From positions 5,962,729 to 6,026,728 of the forward strand of contig OZ037770.1 in NCBI GenBank assembly GCA_964035545.1: a stretch of DNA of 64,000 nt, given 5' to 3'. This DNA is from Bugula neritina. Lineage: Eukaryota; Animalia; Bryozoa. Each line of letters opens with the position of its first letter. Positions within the stretch are counted from its first letter, which is position 1. Shown here in pieces: positions 1-14,765 of the stretch. The notes beneath the pieces were generated by a model. It saw only the letters and a list, made by a program, of their open reading frames with translations, ran no database searches and was not told the origin of the DNA. The translations under genes were made by a program, and so were the position numbers.

Positions 1-554
1 CAACAATGCCATCAAAATAAAAAATGTCACATAATATGGAGGAAAAGTTATTGAAGGAAGTATGTAAATTTGCTCAACCTAAATGATCTCAACAGTAGAA
101 TATAAACTAATCACTACAAGCTTAACTTTCAGTCTCACATCTATAGTTAATATTAGGACAGAAATAACGCCTGCTCTTAGGTCTGAAAAAGCAGAAGCAG
201 TACGTGAAGCTTCTGGCACATGCAATAGAAAAAAGGTAGAGTTTGAGAAAGGCTAAGAAGTGTACTAGTATTTCAATCTAATATCTGGGAGTGAACCAAA
301 CTCGTTGCTACTTTAGAATGTGTAGAAGAATGTCTAGCAACAATTTCTCAACACTTACTCGAGTAGCAAAGAAAGGAATGATTGATATTTGCATCTTCAT
401 TGAAGGAAAATTTTAAGCCTTTTGCAATGCAGCTATACCTGTATATAAATAATAAACTGTTTGGTCAAGAAATCTCAATCTCCCAGAAGTGTATATGTAA
501 ATGGTGTTGACTCGTAGGCTGGGAGAATAGTAACTAGACTAACTGAGCAGGGGA

Positions 555-3500
555 TTACAATCTCTCGTACTCATCTACTCTCTTCTTAGTGTTGCCCTTT
601 CTAATGTCCCTCAAAGTCTTGTATTTATCTCGCCCTGCAAGTACAATTCATCTATAGTTGATATGACTGAGCAAAGTCAACTGTGAGACTGTACCTGAAA
701 TAAACTTAACATATCTTCCATAAGAGCCAGTACCTAACATAATATACTCAATATGTATCGTATGAGACCCTTTACTTTCACTCTACTAAGCAAAGTCGCA
801 GCTATTAGTTGCAGCTACTAGTCTAGAGGTTAAAAGGTCAGATTGGCCCACCTTGTGCCACATTTTCGATGTGGATCTTATCCTCGGCCGTCTGTTTAGA
901 AGAGTCCTGAGAAATCTTCAGCTCACTCTTCAAATCCTGTAACAGTGTTCTACAGAGTTAGGTTGTGTTTACACTTCCACAATGTTCAGCCAGAAATTCA
1001 ATTTGGCCGAGTTGAAATTTCTCCAAGTTGCATTGCACAGTAAAAGCCACCAGTCAATATTTTTGTACTGTGATTACTCAATTGGCCGAGTTCAGAATAA
1101 TACTCAAAGGGAATAATAACTCCTTGTAAATATCAGTATTTAATTATGACTTTGGCGACTAGATAACGTACTTATATGTTCGTAATTATACCGGCTACGC
1201 TTTTATGCTGTTAACTTTACTAATCCACGACGTTTTTTAAAGGGCATCAGATAGCGATTAAGCGAGTCATATTCCACGATTAAAATAAGTTTTCGCACTA
1301 ATATGATTTTAAGAAGTTTCAGTAAAGCTATAATGGGGTACTGGAATGAGTGAAATTAACCGAAATTCGAAACTTTTCTTCAGCAGAAACTTTAGTGGTA
1401 TTACATATACATTATATAAATTAATCCTGTAAACGTAATGACTTTTCTCATTAGGAGTAGTGAGTTAGAATTCAAGTGCTACGCAAGCGAGACACCATAC
1501 ACCAAGACGGAAAGCATGAACAGGTTGCGAAGTTCATCTTCTTAAACACGTGTTAGACATTAAAACCCACTGGCAGTGATTTATATTCCAACAAGGGTAA
1601 ACAACTACTTCATATTTCAATACAAAAAAAGGGCAGACGATTACTGTACCTCCAACTGCTTTTGAAGCCTGGCATTCTTAGCCTGCAGAGTCTCTCTTTC
1701 CTCCTCGGGGCGGGGTACATCCTCCTCCCCAACCTGAAGCTCTGCAGTGTAGTCGTCATTCTCATCATGGTCATCTCCTGCATTACATGTGCATCAATTA
1801 GAAGTCATGGGGGAGGGGAAGGGGAGTAGATAAAACAACTGATGACAGCTCAGCAATGACGTACCTTCATTTAGTAATGACTTACAACTATTCAGTTTTG
1901 ACATTTCTCCCTTGAGCATTGATTTACAATTAAGCAATGACTCACCCTCGTTCATATAAAGATTGGCAGGACTGGCCAACTTCTCTTCCAGCTCTCTCTT
2001 CTCCATCTCCATTCTCAACCTTCACAAAGAGTAAACATAGTATTACAGCAAGTAGCGTACAAGTCACTGTTCCTGGCCTAACCCAATCTGAATGACACCG
2101 TATAGAGTCTAGTAGCCAGCACCAACCCACCTCTGTTCCTCCAGCTCTTGTCTCGCTCTCTGAGCTTCTGCCTCCTTCTCCAGAGCTTCCTGCTCTCTGC
2201 GATCTGCCTCCAACCTGGCAGCGGCAGCCTCAGCTTCCAGCCTCTCCTTCTCCTCCCTCTCAGCGCTGGCAGCAGCCAATGCAGCAGCTTGTGCAGCTTC
2301 AGCCGCTCGCTTGGCTTCTTCCACGGCAGCACGTTCTTCCTCGGCAGCCTGCAACACAGACAGAGATTTGAGAGGCGAAAGGGATTATAATCTGTAAAGG
2401 AAGTGGGGAGAGAGAGGGAGAGGGGACGCCTATATGAGAGGTGGTGGTGTACCTTGGCTTTCTCTTCCAACTCTTGAGTCTGCTTGCGAGTTTCCTCCAG
2501 CTGCTCGGCCTGTCTCTCTCGTTCCAACTCGAAAGCCTTCAGTCTGTCCTGCAGCTCTTGCTTTTCTTGTTCAGCTGCTTCCCTCTTCTTCTTCTCTTCG
2601 GTCAACAACTTCCTGGCAAAAGGCAAAGGAGAGTTCAGAAGTTGAAACAGAGCAGTCGACTGGTCATAGTGTAGGAGCTACGAGGTGACAAACTAGTAAC
2701 CATGTCTCAAGGGAAAGCAAATCTCAAATATCAAGTATAAGCCGCAGATAAACATGTATAGATGTAAGCCTTGCATATGTAATCATATTTTATGGGAGTA
2801 GTTTTCTCTCTTTAAACAGATTGAGAGATGCTAGCAGAGCGGCAACAGTCACTGTGGTAGTGTGAGGACATGACGGGAGACAGAAGATGAGCCAGTTTAA
2901 TTTGAAATCAAATACAAAAACAGATTGCATAAGATTATGAGTCAGTGAGGTCGCCATGGTTACCTTTTCTCCACTTCCTTTACAGTCCTGCAGATACACA
3001 ACTAGAATAGACTCATGCAGCACTTGTATTTCATTACCCTTAGCTTACCACCCTGCTACTAGTATTACTGCTGCTACTACTATTACTACTACTACTACTA
3101 CTACTACTAACACTACTACCACCACTATTACTATTACTACCGCAACTACTAGTACTACTACTACTACCGCAACTACTAGTACTACTACTACTACTACTAC
3201 CACTATTACTACCGCAACTACTACTAGTACTATTCTCACTAGAACTCATTAGGTGACATACTCTCTTTGTTCACGGGCTGCCCTCTCCTCCTTTGCCTGG
3301 GCCTTCATCTGCTGAACCTCGATGCTGTCAGCTTTCCTTCTCCTCATGTAGAGCTCATGGTTACCCATGCACAGAGCTAGGATTCTCTTACTGATCCGTA
3401 GCCGACCAGTGTAGAACACAAAGTCCTGCAACACACAACACGTTTCAGCAAAAAGTTTCTACCGCAAGTGCGTAGCATATTCATTCACATCACTATACAG

Positions 3501-6500
3501 TCTGGTGCTGAACTCACTGGGGCTTTCTTGTCTATGGGTTTTATTATAAATTTTTTATCGTTGAAACTAATATTTCTAATTTCACTCCAGGGAAAGCCAA
3601 TGCGGGGAGTGAGCTTGTCGTCCCTCTCGTAGATGTTCAGACCGAGAGCGTCAACTCCTAGGAAGAGGTCCGTCCCCTTCTTGTTCTTGATGTCAAAATA
3701 GTTGACTCCGTACATCTCCAAGTCTTGTGCTATCTGTAGGAAGAGAGAGCAGTGCGTCTATACACTCATACATGACTCATACATGACTCATACATGACTC
3801 ATACATGACTGATGACTGTACGGCTGAACTGATACTATTGACACGCCTTCCACCATTTCAACACATGGTAAGCTCACCAACAGGTATCACAGCTACACTA
3901 ACATCACTCTGTATAACAAGATGAAAGCTATTCTGTACTAAGTATGCTAATTCACTCCTGTACTCATTAGAAGAATCCCTAGGGAGAAGTAGAGAGAGAG
4001 AGAAACCCACCTTGAGATACTCCATCATGGCGTCCTCTCTCATCAGACCCTTGTGCTCCGAGTACCAGTTGACGATGCGCTCCTCCCACTCGGCCTTGGA
4101 CAGCTGGTGCTGGTCCAATACACTGCCAACAGACAAACCCATCACTGCACAAACTCATAGCAGTAACAAAGTAACAATCAAAGCGTAGGTGTGTATACAT
4201 TAGCATCGTTGTTATCAAGACTAACACCCCTTTTGTAAACACACATTTGTCACATTAGAGTGATTTCAGAAAACAAGTTTAACCCTCAGTTATTTGTAAC
4301 TTTCTTGAAAAATTATATTTGTATAATTTTCATTGTTTTCCCACCTCATTCAATGAGACAAGGAAATAGGTCAAAGTTCAATCTGGGTCACTGAGTCAAC
4401 CCAATCAGCTCAATTTGACCGAAGACCAACAAATCTATTAATAGAATGGATAAGTAGGAAGTTTCCAAAAGCATTGGTCTGGACACAACTACTAATAGAC
4501 TAACTTGGAATAATTGGGAAACCATTTAGTACAATATAGCTTGTTTTACTATATTCCCCAGTCTTGCAGCTGGCAGAAAGGCACTGAGTTTTAGGATATA
4601 AAACTGCATATGATTAGACTTAGGAAGACGGAACTTACCGCTGGGGTAGTAGGCGGTCCCCAGCAAGGAAGCCCGTTTTATGAGTGTCGGCATTGTAGTC
4701 GCCATATTTAGCCTGCACAGCATAGGACGCCAGAAGTACACTAGTCTCAGGGGGGCAGTACGCATCTTCACTCAGTATAGCCTCCTTCACTTGCAGGAAA
4801 AACATTCTCTACAAAACCAAACGCCGGTATAGAGGACTCAGTCACTACTCAACCCGCTGACTGCGTGAGAATGGAGCAGTAATGAGAAACTGGGAGAGAG
4901 AAATAAACCAACCTGGGTGACCTCCTGTATCAGTTCCTCACTGACGTCTTCAGGGTAGAATTTAGCTCTGAACTTGAACTGTAGTGGAGTTTCTTTCTTT
5001 ACATCTTGTCCCATGACTTTCTTGTTGAGCTTGAGCCAAGTGGTGAAACCCTTGCTGTCAACATACTGGAGGCCGAAGAACCACAGCTCTCTCAGACCAA
5101 TAGTTTTCACCACCTGTCATATCATTACAGTAGAATATACACCAGATACTAGTCATACTACAGTACATGTACACTACATACTACAGTGCATCTACAGTAC
5201 ATACTACACTACATACTACACTACATACTACAGTGACAGTAGAATATACACTACATACTAAGTATAACATACTGGACGACCAGCCTATCAAGGTGATAAC
5301 GTAAAGAATAATAACCACACAGCAGTAATCACTGATGCTTTCTATTGCGCAGTGAGGGTTGAATAGATAGGAAACTAGTCTAGTGTGATAAGATGACTAG
5401 GTACTGCGTGCAGTATGTAATAAACAGACCAGGTCACAGCAGGGTTCTGCGTGATATAATCGTACTGTAAGGCTACCAACTGAACACTGCGGATATTATG
5501 GACTGGGTGGTGGAGAGAGATGTGGTGTGTATTACAAGTCAACCTGTTTTACAGTGACTAGATTTTCAGCTCAGAAATGCCTTTGAAGACCACAAGTGGC
5601 TAGTTACAAGTGACTAGTTACAAGTGACAAGTTAGAAGTGACTAGTCACTCAATGGCTAGGAAAGAGTAGACACATCTCACACTATACTAGGGTAGTGTC
5701 AGTGAGGTGTGATAGTATGGTAGAGTAAGGTTGGTATTCTCATGAGGACAATTAGCCTCAGAATCAGATGTTTATGAAGTTTCTTGTAGCTACAGGGTAC
5801 AGGGGGATAGTCCCTGCGTGACCTGATTCATTGACTAGACAGGATCTGAGGTGATGGGCAGGAAATGCTTAGAGAAGGGGAGATAGGAGGGTCTGATAGG
5901 ACAGGTAACGAACATCAGAGACTTCCATGACTTCTGGCTTCAGTGGAGACCAAGGAGCAAGAGAATGGGTGTACAGAGTGAGCACGGAGGGTAGGTATAT
6001 GAGAGAACACATGGTACAGAATACAGATAGAGTAAGTATATGAGAGAACACATGGTACAGAATACAGATAGAGTAAGTATATGAGAGAACACATGGTACA
6101 GAATACAGATAGAGTAAGTATATGAGAGAACACATGGTACAGAATACAGATAGAGTAAGTATATGAGAGAACACATGGTACAGAATACAGATAGAGTAAG
6201 TATATGAGAGAACACATGGTACAGAATACAGATAGAGTAAGTATATGAGAGAACACATGGTACAGAATACAGATAGAGTAAGTATATGAGAGAACACATG
6301 GTACAGAATACAGATAGAGTAAGTATATGAGAGAAGCGATAAAGCAGAATTAGAGTAAGTTCTCACCTGGTCAAACAGCTGTTTCCCTGTTGTGCTGGGT
6401 TGAATAGCAAACTCCAGCTCTGCATCCATTGTAGTGACTCTTACGTTAACCTGTAAATACAGAGTAGACTTCATTAGATGCGGTGCTGCCTACAGGTGCT

Positions 6501-7779
6501 ACTGGCAGCATGCTAATCCCAGCCTGGGAAACACCTGGTTTCCTTCTGTTCCTGGCTTTTAGTGCTGTGACTTGCTCAGTGAATATCACTACAAGCTTCA
6601 TTGATTATAATACAGAGAGCAGGAGTGTGAATCATTGCAATTGATTACTCTGACCTACTAGCAGAGACGCAGTAGCTGAAATTAGAAATAAGTGCCACCA
6701 TTTTTCATTCATTCAAAGCATTGTCATGTTTTTTTTAATTCTCAATTACTTCGGATATCTTACTCTCTATTAGAAGGCAACTAAAATTAACTGGTAGAGA
6801 GCATAACTACTCTGAGTGACACACATAGAGTAGCAGAACTAATGGCTGCATTTACAACTACAGGTGATACATGAAATTTAGAATGAAGATTAGAGAAAAA
6901 GCTGAACTACACATTACTGGCTACCTACAACAGGGTGGAGTCAAGGAGATGAGATTGTGACTACATTGACTCTATAGTGTCAGCCACTGACCTGCTATCT
7001 AGTCGATATACACAAGGAAAGAGACTCCAAATAGTTATTATACTTACCATCTTGACTGAGCTATCCCACGAAATAATAGAGAGAACTAACTAGCTGTTAG
7101 GAGAGACTATACAGGAATGCTAGCGGGCTGAATAACACCACGGCAAGGCAATAGGGCGTGTACTAACCAGTCAATTCACGCAGTTAAGTGGGTAACATCT
7201 TATCAAAATGTACACAACGTTGTGTAAAGAAGGGTTATTGATAGAGAGATATGAAGCCGGAGCCCATTGAAAAGGCACGACACTTTAAATAGCAGTTGCT
7301 TCAACAGAGCAGCATTGAGTTAATTGGTACACCCAAACAAAGCTAACCTGTTCTCAACTGCCAATAAACAGTGTGATATCATTTGACTAACAACAGTATT
7401 ACATAATTACATAGCTTTTACAGCAACCGTAGTGCACTAGATTCTTTGACAAATAGCTGCTCTATTGAAATGTTAGCTAGCAGAAATAGATCATACCCAG
7501 TAATTTATTCATTCAAGCAGAGGGAATAGAAGCTTACACGAGTACCAGCTAGCTGTGGTGTTGGATTCAGCCATCAGTGGTTAGAAATAACCACTGATGA
7601 GTAACTGCGCCAGTGGCTGGCATAGTTTGGTGTAGTACTCACCTCTACCCTATAGCCAACTGCACTAGTCTTCACCCATTAATAGGCTACCAACTACCAG
7701 CAATATACACTATACAGAGCAGTGAATGTTGTTACCCAAGTCTGATGAGCTGTACATATTGACTTACTGGTCGAGGCAT
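555..7779 (-). CDS. Moe: ERM family protein (moesin/ezrin/radixin homolog), 13 coding exons, ~567 aa
   Basis: Exons (-): 7779-7768 (MPRP), 6450-6367 ([28 protein letters not shown]), 5113-4913, 4808-4639, 4122-4011, 3733-3518, 3425-3262, 2612-2453, 2348-2131, 2019-1946, 1777-1650, 936-852, 634-555. All introns GT-AG with consistent phases; total 1704 nt. FERM domain, Glu/Ala/Arg-rich helical region, and C-ERMAD tail [26 protein letters not shown] with the conserved regulatory Thr. The actin-binding tail indicates ERM rather than merlin. Confidence 0.96.
950..1400 (-). mobile_element. Interspersed repeat (unclassified, likely non-autonomous TE); related copies at ~22300-22760 (+) and a fragment at ~15650-15730 (+)
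   Basis: Reverse complement matches 22430-22740 in colinear blocks (gatgcccttt, attagtaaagttaacagcataaaagcg, gccaaagtc, acaaggagttatta, aatttcaact(t/c)ggccaaattgaatttctg). Boundaries approximate. Confidence 0.65.
3055..3235. repeat. (ACT)n-type trinucleotide microsatellite in ERM intron
   Basis: Imperfect actactact run; explains the spurious poly-T/S/V ORFs. Confidence 0.95.
5996..6335. repeat. 41-bp minisatellite, 8 identical copies plus a partial copy
   Basis: Unit tatatgagagaacacatggtacagaatacagatagagtaag at 41-nt period, lying ~30 nt from an ERM splice donor. Confidence 0.95.
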
Positions 7780-10700
7780 GGTGTAGGTATTCCTAGTTTA
7801 GTTCTTTATACTGACTGCAATGTATCCTCTTCAGCTAACAGATCTAAAATAACAATATGAATCAGTACTGGATGATGTAACATGGTGATACTGTTGCTGG
7901 GCCTGCAGTGAGGGAACACTAAGCCTGTTCATTAGCTGAACTAGTATTATGCTATTCATTATATCTGAATATTAGAGTTTAACAGACATTTTAGACAACT
8001 GCTGTCAGTACACATCACAACAACTCCTGGCAGTGTTTCACTCCTGCTCAGCATTTCCTATCTTGCCTTGGTCATAAATAGCTCAGCAAAATCAATGTAT
8101 GTAGACAGAGCCTGGTCTCTTGTTTGTTTAAATCATTTGTAAAATGGGATAATAGGATTTGCAGTAATACTGCAAGACATAACTTTTACTCACTCTGACC
8201 ACTGTAAAATCTGCCAGTAGTTGGTTATAGGGGAACAACATGAAGTGTATCTGCTAATGCTGTATAATGAACCAATATATACATAAAATAATAGATATTT
8301 TGAAGATACTAATGGGTTGGGGGTAGCCATGAGGTCAGCAGAGAAGGAGTTAAACTCTGAGTGCAGATGACAAGTGGTAGAAATAACAAATCTATCCTAG
8401 CATGACTCAGCAGTCTTCATAGAGTATAATAACTGTCACACTCAGTGATCAACAACGTTGATAATCAAACTGGGATTTATCATCATCAACTTCAGGTAAA
8501 GCTTGCCACTAACAACATGAATTAACGCTTTTCTGCCAATTGCATTGTGTTGTATCATTAGAAACGTTGAAACAGATTTCAATACCAGCAAACATCGTTT
8601 CTTATCAACTCATAAAAGGCATTAAAAAACTCAATCAAGAGGATCTGTGAGCAATTATATAGCCTTGTATACTTCATAGACAGTAAACTTGTGACTGTTA
8701 GTAACATAGAATATATTATTAGTGAGCAGTGCCTTTTTATCTTGGATAAATTTAAAAAAAAACGAACAAAAATTCAAAGGTGTGAAAGTGTTAGATAACC
8801 AACACATAAACCATGCCAAATGTGTTCCCAGTGTCAATGCTGAATTAAATTCACAATCTAATAGCTGAAACAGCAATTTTTACCTGTTTGTTGAGAGCTG
8901 ATTGATTTAACATCACTCATGTTACAAGACCTGCGACTGACAAACAAGTATAACTGAAGCCAACCAAAAGTTACCATCTGCCCAATTTCACAAGTTTGGT
9001 ACTGGTGCAGCAGAAATATGTTAACAACTGAACTATTATATTGAAAGATACTAGTAATTTGGAACTAAAACACCTTAGTCTTGCATGAATAAATACATCA
9101 TTTGACAAGTGTACAAATGTGATGAACATTGCTATACAGAGCAGAGAACTAAATCTTTGACTTAAGTATGAAACAAGGTGATTGTATATCAACAAGTATA
9201 GTTATTATAACAATGTCACCAGAGTATTAGTATGACTACCAGCATCTGTTTCCCTACTTTGAAGTTGAACGCTTAACAAACTGGAGGAATGCTAAGAGCA
9301 TCATTATAGACTCAACGTTCAAGTATTATTATAAAACAATTAATAATTATTATTAAATTGTGGTGAATAAAGTTTCTGTTTACCCACTTGGTTTAACAGC
9401 AATAGTATTTCTTCAACTGTTAGGTTTCACTCACATCACTTCATTAGAACACTTGTGCTGTACTATTATTTACCATCACTATCATTGTTTAGCTATTGTA
9501 TTAATCAAACCATAATCGTAGTGATCATCTTTAGACTAATCATATCTCACTCAATATCATAGTGGGCTATTAGTGAATGGGCTTGGCCGAGTTAGGTCAA
9601 AAATACTAATATAAGGATTAGTCAACAATAGGCAATAAGATCTCTAGAAAAGCTTTACACTTACTGCCTACTGACAATATAAAGACTCAACTCTAATGAT
9701 GCATTATTGACCATTCAAATGATTACTATTATAAATATCACTAATATCTCAGATGGTTCGGAGAGTTGTTATTTATAGCTAAAAGAATAAATATTATCAG
9801 TATTCATTGTGATAATCATACGTGATTTATTTTTATTGTACATTATGCTACAGCTATCACTACTACTGAATATAGTCACTGTTGACAGATCATTACTACT
9901 AGTATTACATTATTATACTTATTTATACTAAGAAAAACAGTAACAGTAGCTGACCAAGTTTCTGTACCAGTTACTGCTGATAAAACGAAGTGTAGGCTGT
10001 AGATAATCAAAGTAAACAATCTATTTTCTAGGAATAGGACTTGAAAGCTATGGGCATCAGCATGAGTATCACAATCAGTGTAAACATCAACCACTCATTT
10101 TCACTGATTACTATTGGTATTACTATACCTCAGTGATTAGACTTATAGTTAGTATTATTGAATTGGATTAAATTTAGTATAACTATAAGTAGCATCTTCT
10201 AGTACTACTATATGAGCACATCAGAAATAGATACTCTTACAGTTAGTGATAATCATAATCCCAATCATAATTAAGAATTGAGGAGCAAAAGAAAGTCACA
10301 AGTTGATACAGTTATACTCATACTTATAGCAACTTTCGATTTGATTCACTCTTGCTCTTAGTTTTATACCTTAGCCTTTCAGCTTATCGGGTAGATATCC
10401 ATAAGACTAACTTTAAGTCAAGGATAATCATAACCACAATGACATGGTTGTCAATGGTATTTTTTATCACTATTTGCAGTATGCGTATTACTATAACTGC
10501 TATTATTAGTATTTGATTATTATCTTTTAGTGACTAACTCTACCAGAAATCTTACTACCATAGCCACAATCATACAGACACTGGACAGTTATAGTTATAA
10601 TTGTACTAACATTCATAATAACTCTAAGACAAACTCATGGCCATACTCATACTGATAATATGAGTATCCCTATGAGTATGACTATCATATTCACTGGTAT

Positions 10701-11699
10701 GTAGTCTGAGTCTTATACTCATAGTCAAACTCAATGTGAATGTAGGCCTACTAATATTAATAGTCAATACTCAATGTCATACTATTACTATCTGGAGGAT
10801 ACCACCACATAACACAAACCAAGCTTAGCTATGTGCTAAAACCCTATAGATTACAATTAAAATATTCGGACTTAGATACATGCAAGAATAGATTTAGTTC
10901 AAAATATGATAGTCATAAACCTAAATAAAAATAACATAAGACTAAGAGGCACTTATAATTTTGTGCTTGTAAGTGTTAGCAGAGTGTTCTAAATCAATTT
11001 TTTTCGAGGTGAGTTACGAGGTGAGTATCACTATGTCTATGTCAATGTGAGTGATACTAATACTATCAAGTATTAGTATTACTATTACTATTCTCTATCC
11101 TATGTCTATGCCTATGGGCTATGCGTATGCCATAGAGGTGATACTCTTGCGAATAGAGACAACTTGAACTTGAAAATGACTGCTCATCGGCCATCACTAT
11201 GAGTATGAGTATGACTGTGAGTGTGTCATATCGATATTGTAATACTAATTGGTAGACCTGGGGGCCAGCCTGAAGGCGAGGCTGATGGCACTGGCAGTGA
11301 TGAGTGATGGCTGAAAGTGAAAGTCATAGTTAGTGTTACTATGATTACGGTAGAGAAACTGATAGTCAAGCCCAAGGACAATCACTATCAGTGAATCACT
11401 CAATCAGTATCACGGCAGCAGTAGGTCGGTAATGGGTAAAGCCATGCTCATGCTTTAAGTTTTAGTTTCAATGAAAATTTAGTGATACTAATACTAATAG
11501 TATTACTAATACTGTAATAGTAATAATTATAATCATAATGATTATCATTATGATAAGAATTATCAATTAATAATAATATAAATAAATATTAATATCAATA
11601 ATTAATATTAATATAAAATTTATTCATAATGATAATATTAATTGAGCAGCTTAGAGATTACAAATAGCACATATACGATATACTACATAAGCTTAGCAG

Positions 11700-12050
11700 A
11701 AAGATAATGGCTAGTTTTATTACCACTTGAAGTAAGATAAACTCCGTAAACTTGAAGGTGCGGGAGATAAAAATTAAAATCAGGACGGGTGAGGCCGTGA
11801 TGGGATTTGCCTACATTAAAGGTATTAACTGCGTACACACGCACCGCTTCCTGTTTAGTTCGAAGTTCAATCGGCGGCTTTCTGGGCGGGGTAATATTTA
11901 AGAGAAGCAATTGTAAAATAATGCACATCCCCCTCCCGGTGAACATTGCATGTAACCTTTGACCTAAAGAAATCGACGTTGCAGATAACCAACGAAAAAG
12001 TGTAAACTGCGGAATGTTTTCTGAACTCGAGCGTAACTCCAGCATTTAAT
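11700..12050. promoter_or_regulatory. Putative bidirectional promoter between ERM (-) and WAPL (+)
   Basis: Local CpG/GC-enriched patch between two divergently oriented genes, with a GC box (gggcgggg ~11884) and an ETS-like cttcctg (~11847), flanked on both sides by very AT-rich low-complexity DNA. TSS positions are inferred only. Confidence 0.5.
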
Positions 12051-14765
12051 TATAATTTCAATAATCCGTAATCGTTTTTACACTATTAGTATTACTACTA
12101 GTCTATTACATTTAGATTTAATGGTTTGCTCTACTAATATTCTCAAGTCTACTCAACGAATACTGGCATATATTACTGTTGCCAGGGCTCTGCTATAAAA
12201 TATAGTTTTATCTATCACTATGAGTATGTAAACTCAACCTTTTACTAAAAGTTTTAGTTTTACTTTTACTTTTAGTTTTAGTAATACTAATACTAATACT
12301 AATACTAATACTAATACAGTAATACTAATACTAATATTTATAAGTTATGTTATTCTATTCACTTTCAGTTATACTTATTGTTTTAATAATAATTATTAAT
12401 ATTTATTTATTATAATTTTTAATAATAATGAATAAATATTAAATATAATCATAATGAATAATTATAAATAATATTATTAATATTAGATTATTACTATTAG
12501 TGAGTATTACTTATTAGTATTAGTATTAGTGTATTACTATTACTATTAGTATTAGTATTACTAAGTCTAATAGTAATAGTATTACTATTAGTATTACTAT
12601 TAGTATCAGTATTAATATTACTATTACTAATTTAGTATTGCTATTACTATTACTTAATAGTAACAGTAATACTAATGTTATTAATACTGATACTTACAGT
12701 GATAATGATACTGATAGCTCCTAAGTCTAAAAAGTTGGTGTATGTGGCACTGATAGCACTAACACTAACAGTAACTCTAAGAGTAAGTCTATGTTTTACT
12801 TTTTATTTTACCCATAGTCATAATCATACTGAATCTCATACTCATAGTCATCAAATTAAGTCATTTCGGTTTCCATTTTGATTACACTTACAGACAAACT
12901 CAATATCAGCAAATTATTAAGATTGCAACTACTAGTTACTACAACTAACTTAAACTAGCAGTTACTCTTACTCTTTGTAACTGTAAGTTTTAAAAGTTAG
13001 TTAATAGGAGTTAGTTAATGTTTGTAACGCCTGAACCAATACAGTAGCCATTGTGGTTGTAGTTGTGCCATTACTGGTATTCAATTTAATATTATTATTA
13101 CTATCACTATCAGACTCAGTGTAATATATCTTGTCATAAAGGTCAGCTTCAACTAATAGATTAAGAATAAGAGTATTTCTATCGGAATTTAAGAAAAAAT
13201 TCAGCAATTGAAATCATAATGATGGTCAAAATTTAATTCTCTCTGTTAGAGTAAGTCTTATAATTGTATTAGTTATAGTAGTACTTGTAATAATAAAGTG
13301 TTACATTCAGTGCTGTGATTTGTAACCATATACTAATATAGTTATAGTTGTGGTTTTACATGTATTTAAACCTATTACAAACTAGTTCAAACCTGTACTC
13401 AGAGTGCTACCGGTCTTATGAGTTGATAACATTGACCTATCCAACTTTGAGTTTATCTATTTTTACTATAAACTTAGTAATAGTGATGTCAATGGTCATT
13501 GGGTTAGACTCAGTATGTGTATACTCAGAGTTTTTTTATTAAAACCTATAAACTCTTTATATTGTTTGTTTTTATAATATTTTTTTATATGTATTAATTA
13601 GTAGTTATTACTAGTCATAGTCATAGCTGCTTGTTCAGTCTTATTATTAATCAGCCTATTACAGTAAAGTTATTTATGTTTTTAATTATAATTTGTTTTT
13701 TGCTAGCTAACTTTATACTTTCCATTGGTCTTATATAGTTACGTAGTAAAATTTTAAGTCAATCATCAATTTCAATGTATCGGTTGTACTACTACTTATA
13801 TGGTTAAACTCTATCACAAACATTAAAATCAAGTGTGTGTTCATTTATAACACTACTGCTAGTAGTCGTACTGTGTGATGGTAGTACTAACATGATAGAC
13901 TATGTAAACTGTAGCCAATCAAGAATCGGATTAGCCATCAGAATGAGTTGGTTAGAAAATTATTTTTTCAATCAGTTTTTTCAAGTTAAATTTTAATGAT
14001 GTATTGAATAATTTCTTGTGAGTGCTTTAAAAATAGTACCCTTGAAAATATTTGACAATTGTGTCACATATGTTGGAATAATATCGTAGTCATTGTAACG
14101 ATGATCATTGTGATTATCAATGTGGACATTACTGCCAGAGGCCTATAAAATCATAGCAATAAAGATTACCATGTAATGAATATCATTATATATTAGTGTG
14201 CATGAGTTTGTGTGTATATATTTATATGCCCTCAGCTTTCTAATTGCATTAAAAAATTATTTAACTCTCACTACTGGTACCTCCATTAACACTGTACTGC
14301 TTTTACTGAAATTGTTTTGTAAGGATAATTATAAAATGCATGATGTGCCATAGTTTTCTGTTGCACGTTCTCATACCGAAGTTGCTGAAACCTAGTACAG
14401 TAATACTAGTTTTTGATATCAGAAAACATAAGCCGGAATTTACAGTAATTATTTTGTCCAATTATTCACTAATTATCACCAAAATATTCAGATTTTGTTG
14501 TATAGTGTTTTTCAACTTTTAAGTTTATGCTGATCATTCTTTTGCTCTCCATTTATACTAAAAAGTGACAAAATATAGAATATGATGGTGCTTGCACTGC
14601 AGCATTAGAACATTTTTAAGTTTTTTTTTCTAGAACTGAAACTCAGATTTGTAAATCAAATCAAGAAAGTAGATTATTGAAGTGTTTTTGTCAATTCATC
14701 ACCCAGTCGGTTTTATAATGAGGATTATATTTGCAGATGAAATACAAGTGAAAAAATGTTTTGAA

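Noticed and set aside
2956-3252. Poly-Thr/Ser/Val ORFs (also 21151-21547 and 31448-31736)
   Set aside because: Trinucleotide microsatellites in introns.
5869-6366. 201/113/119-aa hydrophobic repeat ORFs
   Set aside because: Intron read-through across the 41-bp minisatellite; only 6367-6450 is ERM coding.
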